Shown: piece after piece, positions 18,733 to 26,476 of the stretch
Position numbering within the stretch: the stretch's first letter is position 1
How the letters are laid out: the number at the start of each line of letters is the position of its first letter
Assembly (NCBI GenBank): GCA_900549225.1
Contig: URNP01000001.1
Span: 16,086 to 80,085, forward strand
Origin: an uncultured Eubacteriales bacterium
GTDB lineage: Bacteria > Bacillota > Clostridia > Christensenellales > CAG-917
Direction: 5' to 3'
DNA: 64,000 bases
Position numbers and translations under genes: made by a program
Notes under the pieces: generated by a model
What the model was told of the DNA's origin: nothing
What the model saw: the letters and a program-made list of their open reading frames with translations, nothing else
Database searches by the model: none

Positions 18733-18749
18733 TCCGATTGTTCCGATTG
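18733..18749 (+). promoter_or_regulatory. tandem direct repeat TCCGATTG-T-TCCGATTG abutting the bmp promoter (operator candidate)
   Basis: Two exact 8-mers at 18733..18740 and 18742..18749, ending 5 nt upstream of the -35 hexamer. Confidence 0.35.
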
Positions 18750-18754
18750 GGGTA

Positions 18755-18783
18755 TTGACACTCTGTTTTGAAAAAGGTATAAT
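18755..18783 (+). promoter_or_regulatory. consensus sigma-A promoter for the BMP lipoprotein gene
   Basis: TTGACA at 18755..18760, 17-nt spacer, TATAAT at 18778..18783. Confidence 0.65.
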
Positions 18784-18819
18784 TTGAGTATCCTAAAAAA
18801 TCCATAAAGGAGAAATTTT

Positions 18820-19953
18820 ATGAAAAAAGTAGTAGCATTCATACTTTGTATGGCACTTGTTATCACTTGCGTCGCTTGCTTCGCGGCTTGCAACCCCAAA
18901 GAAGATGATAATAACAACAATGCAATGAAAGTTGCAATGATAACGGACTACGGCGATATCACCGACCAATCATTCAACCAAACGACTTACGAAGCGTGCA
19001 AAGCGTTCAGCGAAGACAACAACCTCGGCTTCAAATACTTCAAGCCCGCAGGCGACAGCACCGAAGCACGTGTTGCATCCGTCGAACAAGCAATCCAAGA
19101 AGGTTACAACGTTGTCGTTATGCCCGGTTACGCATTCGGTGAAACGGTAGTCGAAGTTGCCGCAACCAACCCCGACGTTACGTTCGTAGCACTCGACGTC
19201 GCACAAGGCGACCTCGGCGCAAACTACAAAGTTCCCGCAAACGTTGCAACGTTCGTTTACAGAGAGGAAATTTCCGGCTTTATGGCAGGTTATGCTGCCG
19301 TTAAAGAAGGCTACAAGAAACTCGGTTTCCTCGGTGGTATGGCAGTTCCGGCAGTCGTTCGTTTCGGTTACGGTTTCGTTCAAGGCGTGAATGCAGCGGC
19401 AGTTGAAATGAACATCGCTGATCAAGTTTCCGTAAACTACGTCTACGGTGGCAAATTCCAAGGCACCCCCGAAATCACTGCGGCTATGGACGCTTGGTAC
19501 GGCAACGGCACCGAAGTCGTCTTTGCTTGTGGCGGCGGCATCTTCACATCTGCTTGCGAAGCGGCAACCAAGAAAGGCATCAACGGCAAGGTTATCGGCG
19601 TTGACTCTGACCAAAGTTACGTTATCAACAAGAACTACGGCAAAGGCGTTTGCGTCACCTCTGCAATGAAAGGTCTTGCACCCACCGTCAAGACCGTTCT
19701 CACGGCAATCAAAGACGGCAAGTGGAGCACTTATTCCGGCACGATCTCCAATATGGGTATGGTTTCCGGCACAGACGCTTCTTTGAACTATGTTCAACTT
19801 CCGACCGCAACGTGGTCTATGACCAACTTCACGAAAGCAGACTATGCAACGCTCGTCGGCAAGATTTTCGACGGCACTATCACGATTTCCAGCGATACGT
19901 CCGCAATGCCCAAGACCACAGTTAAGGTCACGACACAAGACAACATTCACTAA
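18820..19953 (+). CDS. BMP-family ABC transporter substrate-binding lipoprotein (nucleoside-binding type)
   Basis: 377 aa. Lipobox FAAC. Mature start KVAMITDYGDITDQSFNQ is typical of the Bmp/PnrA family. Followed by a matching ATPase and two permeases. Confidence 0.85.
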   Translation: MKKVVAFILCMALVITCVACFAACNPKEDDNNNNAMKVAMITDYGDITDQSFNQTTYEACKAFSEDNNLGFKYFKPAGDSTEARVASVEQAIQEGYNVVVMPGYAFGETVVEVAATNPDVTFVALDVAQGDLGANYKVPANVATFVYREEISGFMAGYAAVKEGYKKLGFLGGMAVPAVVRFGYGFVQGVNAAAVEMNIADQVSVNYVYGGKFQGTPEITAAMDAWYGNGTEVVFACGGGIFTSACEAATKKGINGKVIGVDSDQSYVINKNYGKGVCVTSAMKGLAPTVKTVLTAIKDGKWSTYSGTISNMGMVSGTDASLNYVQLPTATWSMTNFTKADYATLVGKIFDGTITISSDTSAMPKTTVKVTTQDNIH

Positions 19954-19971
19954 TCTTTCCGGAGTGATAAA

Positions 19972-19999
19972 AAAAGAAGGCGAAAGCCTTCTTTTTTTA
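19972..19999 (+). terminator. intrinsic terminator after the BMP gene
   Basis: AGAAGGC-gaaa-GCCTTCT followed by TTTTTT. Confidence 0.7.
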
Positions 20000-20051
20000 T
20001 GCTCTTTTTTCAAAAAATGCAAATGCGGGCAAAAAGATTTTTTTATCGCTC

Positions 20052-20080
20052 TTGATATTGATAAATATATATAGTATAAT
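20052..20080 (+). promoter_or_regulatory. promoter for the ABC ATPase/permease genes (TTGATA-17-TATAAT)
   Basis: TTGATA at 20052..20057 and TATAAT at 20075..20080. Confidence 0.55.
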
Positions 20081-20184
20081 TTTTCTATACATTTTATAAA
20101 AGAATAGCCCGAACAAACAAGACTTTTGATTTTTGCTTTTTTGAAACAGCGTTCGAGAGGGGGATTCTTTGTAAGAAGGAAATT

Positions 20185-22149
20185 ATGGCAAAACGAAAAA
20201 ACGACACCGAAAACACGTCAGTCATTCAGAATGATGCGATAACCGAAGTGGAAGATGCAAGCCCCTCAAGAGAGCAGGCAACCGACGTTTCGGAAAATAT
20301 ACAAACTGAATTTGCGGACAATTCGAGCGCGCAAGACGATTTCGTCATCGAAATGCGCCACATCACGAAAGAATTTCCGGGCATCATCGCAAACGACGAC
20401 ATCACATTGCAACTCAAACGCGGCGAAATCCTCGCGCTTTTGGGTGAAAACGGCGCGGGCAAATCTACGCTTATGTCCGTTCTTTTCGGATTGTATCAAC
20501 CCGAAAAGGGCGAGATTTTGAAAGACGGAAAAGTCGTCAAAATCAACAGCCCGAACGACGCAACCGCTCTGGGCATAGGAATGGTGCACCAACACTTCAA
20601 ACTCGTCGAGGTGTTCAGCGTCCTCGACAACATCATTTTGGGTGCGGAACCGAACAAGGCAGGATTTCTCACAAAGAAAGAAGCGCGCACGAAAGTTGTT
20701 GAGTTGAGCGAGAAGTACGGGCTTAAAATCGACCCCGACGCAATCATCGAGGACATCACCGTCGGTATGCAACAGCGCACCGAAATTTTGAAAATGCTTT
20801 ACCGTGACAACGAGATTCTCATTTTCGACGAGCCCACCGCGGTTTTGACCCCTCAGGAAATAGACGAACTTATGCAGATTATGCGCAATCTCGCCGCCGA
20901 GGGAAAATCCATTCTTTTCATCACTCACAAACTCAACGAGATTATGGCAGTCGCTGACCGTTGCACCGTTTTGCGTAAGGGTAAATATATCGGCACGGTA
21001 AACGTTGCGGACACCACAAAAGAAGAACTTTCAAAGATGATGGTCGGCCGCGACGTCAAATTTGCCGTAGACAAGGACGATGCGAATCCGCAAGACGAGA
21101 TTCTCAAAGTCGAAAATCTTTGCGTTGAGAGTAAAATTCACAAAAAACTTGCGGTCAAAGACGTTTCTTTCACCGTACACGCGGGCGAAATCGTTTGTAT
21201 CGCGGGTATCGACGGAAACGGACAGACCGAACTTGTATACGGACTTACGGGGCTTGAAAAACTCGCACCCAACGTTGAAGAAACGGCGGAGAGAAAAATA
21301 GACGTTCCCGTCTGGACTAAACTCAAAGATGTCGAAAAAACCGAAAGAGCAAAACTCTTTTTCAAGCAAGTCGGCGAATTTATCAAATATTTCTTCGTTA
21401 AACTCGGCTTCAAGATTTGGGACGGACTAAAAAAGTTTGGCGAAGGCGTTGCGTCCAAATGCGTTGCGCTTTGGAATAAATTCATATTCCTTTTTGACAA
21501 AAACAAGAGAGATAATATTGACATCAATGCCGACGTAAAGGGAAGAATCTACCTTTGCGGTCAAGATATTACTAAAGCCCCGATAAGAAAACGCAGTAAA
21601 ACGGGTATGAGCCATATTCCCGAAGACAGACACAAACACGGTCTTGTGCTCGACTATACGCTCGAACAAAATATGGTGCTTCAACGTTACTGGGAAAAGG
21701 GCTTTCAAACGGCAGGATTTATCAAAAAGAAGGCCGTGCGCAAGTACTCGGACGAACTTATCGAGCAATACGACGTAAGAAGCGGTCAGGGCTCGGTTAC
21801 CGTTGCTCGCAGCATGTCGGGCGGCAACCAACAGAAAGCAATCGTTGCAAGAGAGCTTGACAGACCGCATAAATTGCTCATCGCCGTTCAGCCTACGAGA
21901 GGTTTGGATGTTGGCGCAATTGAGTATATCCATTCGCAAATCGTCAAAGACAGAGATAACGGCGCGGGCGTGCTTCTTGTTTCGTTGGAACTCGACGAAG
22001 TTATGAACCTCAGCGACAGAATTTTGGTTATGTACGAGGGCGAAATCGTCGGCGAACTCAACCCCAAGAAGACGACCGTGCAAGAACTCGGCTTGTATAT
22101 GGCGGGTGCAAAGCGTGACGCAAAGGAGAACAACAATGAAGAAAATTGA
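20185..22149 (+). CDS. ABC transporter ATP-binding protein, tandem NBDs (BMP/sugar type), with N-terminal extension and an internal insertion
   Basis: 654 aa. NBD1: GENGAGKST, VGMQQRTEILK, ILIFDEPTA. NBD2: GIDGNGQTEL, MSGGNQQKAIVAR, LLIAVQPTRGLD. About 55 acidic residues precede NBD1, and about 90 extra residues sit after the NBD2 P-loop helix. Confidence 0.9.
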   Translation: MAKRKNDTENTSVIQNDAITEVEDASPSREQATDVSENIQTEFADNSSAQDDFVIEMRHITKEFPGIIANDDITLQLKRGEILALLGENGAGKSTLMSVLFGLYQPEKGEILKDGKVVKINSPNDATALGIGMVHQHFKLVEVFSVLDNIILGAEPNKAGFLTKKEARTKVVELSEKYGLKIDPDAIIEDITVGMQQRTEILKMLYRDNEILIFDEPTAVLTPQEIDELMQIMRNLAAEGKSILFITHKLNEIMAVADRCTVLRKGKYIGTVNVADTTKEELSKMMVGRDVKFAVDKDDANPQDEILKVENLCVESKIHKKLAVKDVSFTVHAGEIVCIAGIDGNGQTELVYGLTGLEKLAPNVEETAERKIDVPVWTKLKDVEKTERAKLFFKQVGEFIKYFFVKLGFKIWDGLKKFGEGVASKCVALWNKFIFLFDKNKRDNIDINADVKGRIYLCGQDITKAPIRKRSKTGMSHIPEDRHKHGLVLDYTLEQNMVLQRYWEKGFQTAGFIKKKAVRKYSDELIEQYDVRSGQGSVTVARSMSGGNQQKAIVARELDRPHKLLIAVQPTRGLDVGAIEYIHSQIVKDRDNGAGVLLVSLELDEVMNLSDRILVMYEGEIVGELNPKKTTVQELGLYMAGAKRDAKENNNEEN

Positions 22150-23512
22150 TTCCGCAAAAGTGAAAGACTGGTTCAAAGGCTTGTTTGTTTCTACCCCCGA
22201 CAGCGAAGCGAAACTTTTGACCGTCGCAAAAAAGGACGGCACGCAAACGGTCATTTCGTCGATTCTTTGCGCATTGCTCGGCATATTTATAGGTTATCTT
22301 ATTCTAGTTTGCATCAACGCAGAACACGCGGGCGAGGCTATGAAAACCATATTGAGCAACTTCGGCTTTTACAAATCGCCCGAAAAGAAACTGTATTATT
22401 TCGGCTCAACCATAGTCAAAGCCGCGCCGCTTATTATGTGCGGACTCTCGGTTATGTTCGCATACAAAGCGGGTCTTTTCAACATCGGCGTCGGCGGACA
22501 ATACTGCGTGGGCATTTGTTTTTCGCTTTATGCCGCGCTCGTATGGCAGCTTCCTTGGTATGCATGCATTTTGATTGCCGGCGTTATGGGCGCGCTCTGG
22601 GGCGCGATTTCGGGTATCTTCAAAGCATTGTTCAACGTCAACGAAGTCATCGCTTGCATTATGACAAACTGGATAGGTCTTTATATGACAAACATCTTGT
22701 TGAGCGACGAAAGAGCAATGAATCCGACCCTTTCCGAAACGCACAAATTGGCGTCGAATGCACCGCAAGCGTTGATCCCTTCGGGCGGTTTGAGCGAACT
22801 TTTCAACAATAATAAATACGTTACCATTGCGGTTATATTTACGCTCGTAATCGCAGTCGTGATTCTCGTGGTGATGAATTTCACAACGTTCGGTTACGAA
22901 CTCAAAGCAACGGGTCACAATAAATTCGCCGCAAAATACGCAGGCATGAAAGACAAACGCAACATCATCGTCACTATGGCGATTGCAGGTGCTTTGGCAG
23001 GTCTCGGCGCGGCGTTCTTCTATCTTACCGGAATCGAACAGTACAAAACGTCGAGTTCCGTTCCCGCAATGGGATTCAACGGAATCGCCGTTGCGTTCCT
23101 CGGCGGTTTGAATCCTATCGGCGTTGTGTTTGCAGGATATTTCGTGCAACATATAACGCTCGGCGGCGCAAGAATAGACACGACGTATTACAACCCGCAA
23201 GTTGCGGATTTGATGATTGCAATCATCATTTATTTGTGCGCGTTTGTGTTGTTCTTCAAACAATTTATGAACAAATCCCTCGGCAAAATTACCGACAAGT
23301 TGAACAAAACCAAAGTGGTTATGTCAACGCCTAACGGTGAAGAAGTCGAAACCCCGACAGCACAAGACGCGGCCCAAACAGATGATACTACGGTGGAAGA
23401 AAACGAAAAAACACCCGAAGAAGAAATAATCGACGACGTAAACAAAGAAATCGAGGAGATAACTCCGCCAAACGTCGAAGAAAATACGCACAAGGGGGAT
23501 GAAACGAAATGA
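22136..23512 (+). CDS. ABC transporter permease (BMP-type)
   Basis: Start moved to ATG 22136 (AAGGAGA SD, overlapping the ATPase end). Multi-TM permease. Long acidic C-terminal tail (EEVETPTAQDAAQTDDTTVEENEKTPEEE...). Confidence 0.85.
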   Translation: MKKIDSAKVKDWFKGLFVSTPDSEAKLLTVAKKDGTQTVISSILCALLGIFIGYLILVCINAEHAGEAMKTILSNFGFYKSPEKKLYYFGSTIVKAAPLIMCGLSVMFAYKAGLFNIGVGGQYCVGICFSLYAALVWQLPWYACILIAGVMGALWGAISGIFKALFNVNEVIACIMTNWIGLYMTNILLSDERAMNPTLSETHKLASNAPQALIPSGGLSELFNNNKYVTIAVIFTLVIAVVILVVMNFTTFGYELKATGHNKFAAKYAGMKDKRNIIVTMAIAGALAGLGAAFFYLTGIEQYKTSSSVPAMGFNGIAVAFLGGLNPIGVVFAGYFVQHITLGGARIDTTYYNPQVADLMIAIIIYLCAFVLFFKQFMNKSLGKITDKLNKTKVVMSTPNGEEVETPTAQDAAQTDDTTVEENEKTPEEEIIDDVNKEIEEITPPNVEENTHKGDETK

Positions 23513-24453
23513 CGTTACTTGCTCAATACACATTGATTTATGCAGCGGTTCTCATTCTTGTTGCACTCGGCGGTATGTTTTCCGAGCGTTCGGGCGTTAT
23601 CAACATCGGACTCGAGGGCATAATGGTTTTCGGCGCGATGGGCGGCGCAATGACGATGGTTTTGCTTCCCGAAAACACCGCACCCGCACTCATTATAATT
23701 TTGGTTTTGCTCATCAGCGCGCTGATAGGTATGCTGTCGTCACTGCTGCTCGCAGTTGCGTGCATAAACTTCAAGGCAGACCAAACCCTTGCGGGTACGG
23801 CGCTCAATATGCTTGCCACCGCAACGGCAACCGTTCTCATCAAAGCGTTCAACACAAAGCGCAGCAACGGTACAAACTTCTCTGCGATTTTGGACTACAT
23901 CGAACCGAGAAAAGCGTTTTTGTTCAAAATAGGCGACCTCGAAGTCAGTTGGTTTATCGTCGTGGCAATCGTAATCCTCATTATATCCACGATTGTGTTG
24001 TACAAAACCAAATTCGGCCTTCGTTTGCGTGCTTGCGGCGAACATCCGCAGGCGGCGGGAAGCGTCGGTATCAATGTTTACGCTATGCGTTATTCTGGCG
24101 TTATCATTTCGGGTGCGCTCGGCGGTCTCGGCGGAATCATCTATATCGCGGCGGCAACTTCGACGTGGCACTTCGACAGCGGCGTCGCAGGCGCAGGATT
24201 CCTTGCTCTTGCAGTTATGATTTTCGGACAATGGAAGCCGATAAGAATCGCTCTCGCGGCATTGCTGTTCGGTCTGTTCAGGGCGTTGTCAAACGTTTAT
24301 ATCGGCATCGACTGGCTCGCCAATTTGCAAATCAACGGCACAATCTACAATATGCTTCCGTACATCGTGTCGCTCATAGTTCTTGCATTTACGTCCAAAA
24401 AGTCGAGAGCCCCGAAGGCGGAAGGCATACCTTACGACAAGGGTATGAGATAA
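23509..24453 (+). CDS. ABC transporter permease (BMP-type, second subunit)
   Basis: 314 aa. ATGA overlap with the upstream stop, SD GGGGGA. Multi-TM. Confidence 0.85.
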   Translation: MTLLAQYTLIYAAVLILVALGGMFSERSGVINIGLEGIMVFGAMGGAMTMVLLPENTAPALIIILVLLISALIGMLSSLLLAVACINFKADQTLAGTALNMLATATATVLIKAFNTKRSNGTNFSAILDYIEPRKAFLFKIGDLEVSWFIVVAIVILIISTIVLYKTKFGLRLRACGEHPQAAGSVGINVYAMRYSGVIISGALGGLGGIIYIAAATSTWHFDSGVAGAGFLALAVMIFGQWKPIRIALAALLFGLFRALSNVYIGIDWLANLQINGTIYNMLPYIVSLIVLAFTSKKSRAPKAEGIPYDKGMR

Positions 24454-24486
24454 AACGATATACGAGAAAAACTCGGTTAGATTGCG

Positions 24487-24520
24487 CAAATCCCGTCATT
24501 TTTGACGGGATTTGTTTTGC
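24487..24520 (+). terminator. intrinsic terminator after the ABC operon
   Basis: CAAATCCCGTCA-ttttt-GACGGGATTTG followed by TTTTG. Confidence 0.7.
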
Positions 24521-24554
24521 TGTTTTGAGTGGTAAAAGGATGAGAGTTAAATGT

Positions 24555-24590
24555 AAAAGCCGCCTTGCATAAGACGGCTTTTGGTTTTAT
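24555..24590. terminator. bidirectional hairpin between convergent genes
   Basis: AAAAGCCG.CTT-gcat-AAG.CGGCTTTT with T-rich flanks on both strands. Confidence 0.5.
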
Positions 24591-24605
24591 CTTTTGTGAA
24601 AAAAA

Positions 24606-25346
24606 TTATTTTACGAGGTCGATGAGCGCAAGGGCGCGCTTCAATGCAAGTTTGCTGTTGACTTTGAATTGGAAAGGAACTTCCTCGTACACTTTCTTGT
24701 GACCCGTTGAAGTGTGCGGTGTGCGTCCGTCGTTGAATTCCTCTGCGTCGGGATCGAGGGGAAGGTTGATGCGCAACGACGTGCCGATGATGGTGATCTT
24801 TGCGACGATATCGCCTTCGCGTCTATATGTATCGCATTGTTTGCTGATTCTGCTCTTGATCTTCGGCGTTCCCTTCGGAGTTGCGGTGAGTGCGTCTTTG
24901 AGAATGGCATAGCGTTCTTTGATTATATCGTCCGCAAACGCATATTTCTCTGCAAAAGTGAGGCTCTTGCGCGCGGCCTTCTTTGCCATAACCTTGTCAT
25001 AATCGAACTTCTTGCCGAGAGAAGAGTGGAGATCCGTGACGTTTTCTTCGTCCGCCACGATTTCGTCAATAGCGACTTGCACGGGACGCTCGAGTTCTTT
25101 TGCGGGCAAGATTTGAGGCTTGTTCATTTCCTCAAAAGCCGTTGCGCAGGGAAGAGCGACCGTCTTGTCGCAGAAAGCGCAATAGTCGTATGCGCCGCAC
25201 ATATCGCGGTGATTGCTGACGCTATCGTTCCATTTTTGCTCGTCGAGTTTTGCTTGCAATGCAATTTTGTCCATTGTGTCATATGCTCCGTTTACGTTAT
25301 AGTCGTTGAAAATGTTAAGCGGATTTGCCGCATTTATCCAACTCAA
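24606..25346 (-). CDS. hypothetical protein with a CX5CX2CX7C cluster
   Basis: Maximal ORF starts at a TTG (25346) without an SD. An ATG at 25274 has GGAG 11 nt upstream, so the start is uncertain. Cys cluster MCGAYDYCAFCDKTVALPC. No family recognised. Confidence 0.5.
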   Translation of the reverse strand: MSWINAANPLNIFNDYNVNGAYDTMDKIALQAKLDEQKWNDSVSNHRDMCGAYDYCAFCDKTVALPCATAFEEMNKPQILPAKELERPVQVAIDEIVADEENVTDLHSSLGKKFDYDKVMAKKAARKSLTFAEKYAFADDIIKERYAILKDALTATPKGTPKIKSRISKQCDTYRREGDIVAKITIIGTSLRINLPLDPDAEEFNDGRTPHTSTGHKKVYEEVPFQFKVNSKLALKRALALIDLVK

Positions 25347-25600
25347 TTGAACATATTGTACACAAATAAAAAGGATTTGGCAAACATTTTGGCATTCTAT
25401 TGCGATATTTTTTTATCGCAAATGCACGGAATTTCGGACACGTTTGCAAAATCGCTATTCTATCCGCATAAAAAAACGATTTTCCGCCTTCTAACCATAT
25501 ATAAAATGCTTTTTCTCTGCGTGTCGGGGTTTCTGCGCGAGATTTATATGCCGTTTTGCAAAAAAGGTTTTTAGTTTTTTCTATATATTTTTCAATCTGC

Positions 25601-25629
25601 TTGTCAAAATCGAAAATATGAGTTACAAT
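25601..25629 (+). promoter_or_regulatory. promoter for tRNA-Pro (TTGTCA-17-TACAAT)
   Basis: TTGTCA at 25601..25606 and TACAAT at 25624..25629, about 64 nt upstream of the tRNA. Confidence 0.5.
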
Positions 25630-25692
25630 ACCTATGCTAAAGAGAAAACCACTCGACAAAGCGATCCGTTGCGGCGTTGAGATAATATAGAT

Positions 25693-25769
25693 CGGGGTAT
25701 GGCGCAGTTTGGTAGCGCGCTTGACTGGGGGTCAAGAGGCCATGGGTTCAAGTCCCGTTACTCCGACCA
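25693..25769 (+). tRNA. tRNA-Pro (anticodon GGG), CCA encoded
   Basis: Manual cloverleaf: acceptor CGGGGTA/TACTCCG, D arm GCGC..GCGC, anticodon stem CTTGA/TCAAG with loop CTGGGGG, T arm ATGGG-TTCAAGT-CCCGT, discriminator A, then CCA. Confidence 0.9.
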
Positions 25770-25778
25770 CAAACTTCG

Positions 25779-25811
25779 CTGAGTGCATACATTGTGTGCA
25801 CTCAGTTTTTT
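25779..25811 (+). terminator. intrinsic terminator after tRNA-Pro
   Basis: CTGAGTGCA-tacattg-TGCACTCAG followed by TTTTTT. Confidence 0.75.
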
Positions 25812-25860
25812 ATATTTGTTCGACTTGCGCTTGCGCATACGTCGAAACGAATATAAAAAC

Positions 25861-26180
25861 GAGCACGCCTTGCGTGCCGAAGTTTGCGCAGTGGAACTAG
25901 CGATAGCGTACGTACCACGAAGCAAAGGCACAAAGGATGTGCCGAGATTCTTGAATTGTCACGCACGAAGTGAGTACCACAAACTTCGCTGAGCACGCTT
26001 TGCGTGCCGAAGTTTGTGCAGTGGAACTAGCGATAGCGTACGTACCACGAAGCAAAGGCACAAAGGTTGTGCCGAGATTCTTGAATTGTCACGCACGAAG
26101 TGAGTATCAAAACTTCGCTGAGCACGCCTTGCGTGCCGAAGTTTGTGCAGTGGAACTAGCGATAGCGTATGTACCACGAA
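25861..26180 (+). repeat. tandem repeat, about 2.5 copies of a 129-130 bp unit
   Basis: Units start at 25861, 25991 and 26120 (GAGCACGC(C/T)TTGCGTGCCGAAGTTTG...) and are near-identical. Each unit contains hairpins AAACTTCG..GCACGC-ttt-GCGTGC.CGAAGTTT and GGCACAA-agg-TTGTGCC. Confidence 0.85.
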
Positions 26181-26327
26181 ATTATAAACGCAGTACGTCA
26201 TTCGTTGAAGATATGCGAAATTGAAAGAAAACCTATCAAATACGCAAGATTTGATAAATAACGCAATAGATATTTGATTTTTTGCGTGCTATTTGTTATT
26301 ATATTAGCGAAAAAGCTAATCGGAGAT

Positions 26328-26404
26328 GTTCGTGTAGCTCAGTAGGATAGAGCGTCGGTTTCCTAAACCGCAGGTCGGGGGTTCGAATCCCTTCACGAAC
26401 GCCA
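26328..26404 (+). tRNA. tRNA-Arg (anticodon CCT), CCA encoded
   Basis: Manual cloverleaf: acceptor GTTCGTG/CACGAAC, D arm GCTC..GAGC, anticodon loop TTCCTAA, T arm GGGGG-TTCGAAT-CCCTT, discriminator G, then CCA. Confidence 0.9.
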
Positions 26405-26406
26405 CA

Positions 26407-26434
26407 GGCGCTCTAAAATGAGCGCTTTTTTTTT
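26407..26434 (+). terminator. intrinsic terminator after tRNA-Arg
   Basis: GGCGCTC-taaaat-GAGCGCT followed by a run of T. Confidence 0.75.
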
Positions 26435-26476
26435 CCGATTTTTTTGTTTTGATAAAGCAACGGTGAAAGACGGTGA

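Noticed and set aside
23499-24572. 357-aa Arg-rich ORF overlapping the second permease gene in another frame
   Set aside because: It is an out-of-frame overlap with a well-supported, translationally coupled permease. The composition (R/H/C-rich) is typical of a spurious frame.
25861-26180. Possible CRISPR array next to the tRNA genes
   Set aside because: The units are 129-130 bp and directly abutting, with no unique spacers. No cas genes are in the window.
25783-26224. ORFs on both strands across the 130-bp repeats, giving repeated peptides such as EHALRAEVCAVELAIAYVPR
   Set aside because: There is no SD. The frame is broken between copies 1 and 2 because that period is 130 nt. The ORFs exist on both strands only because the repeat lacks stops. 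A structured-nucleic-acid explanation fits better.
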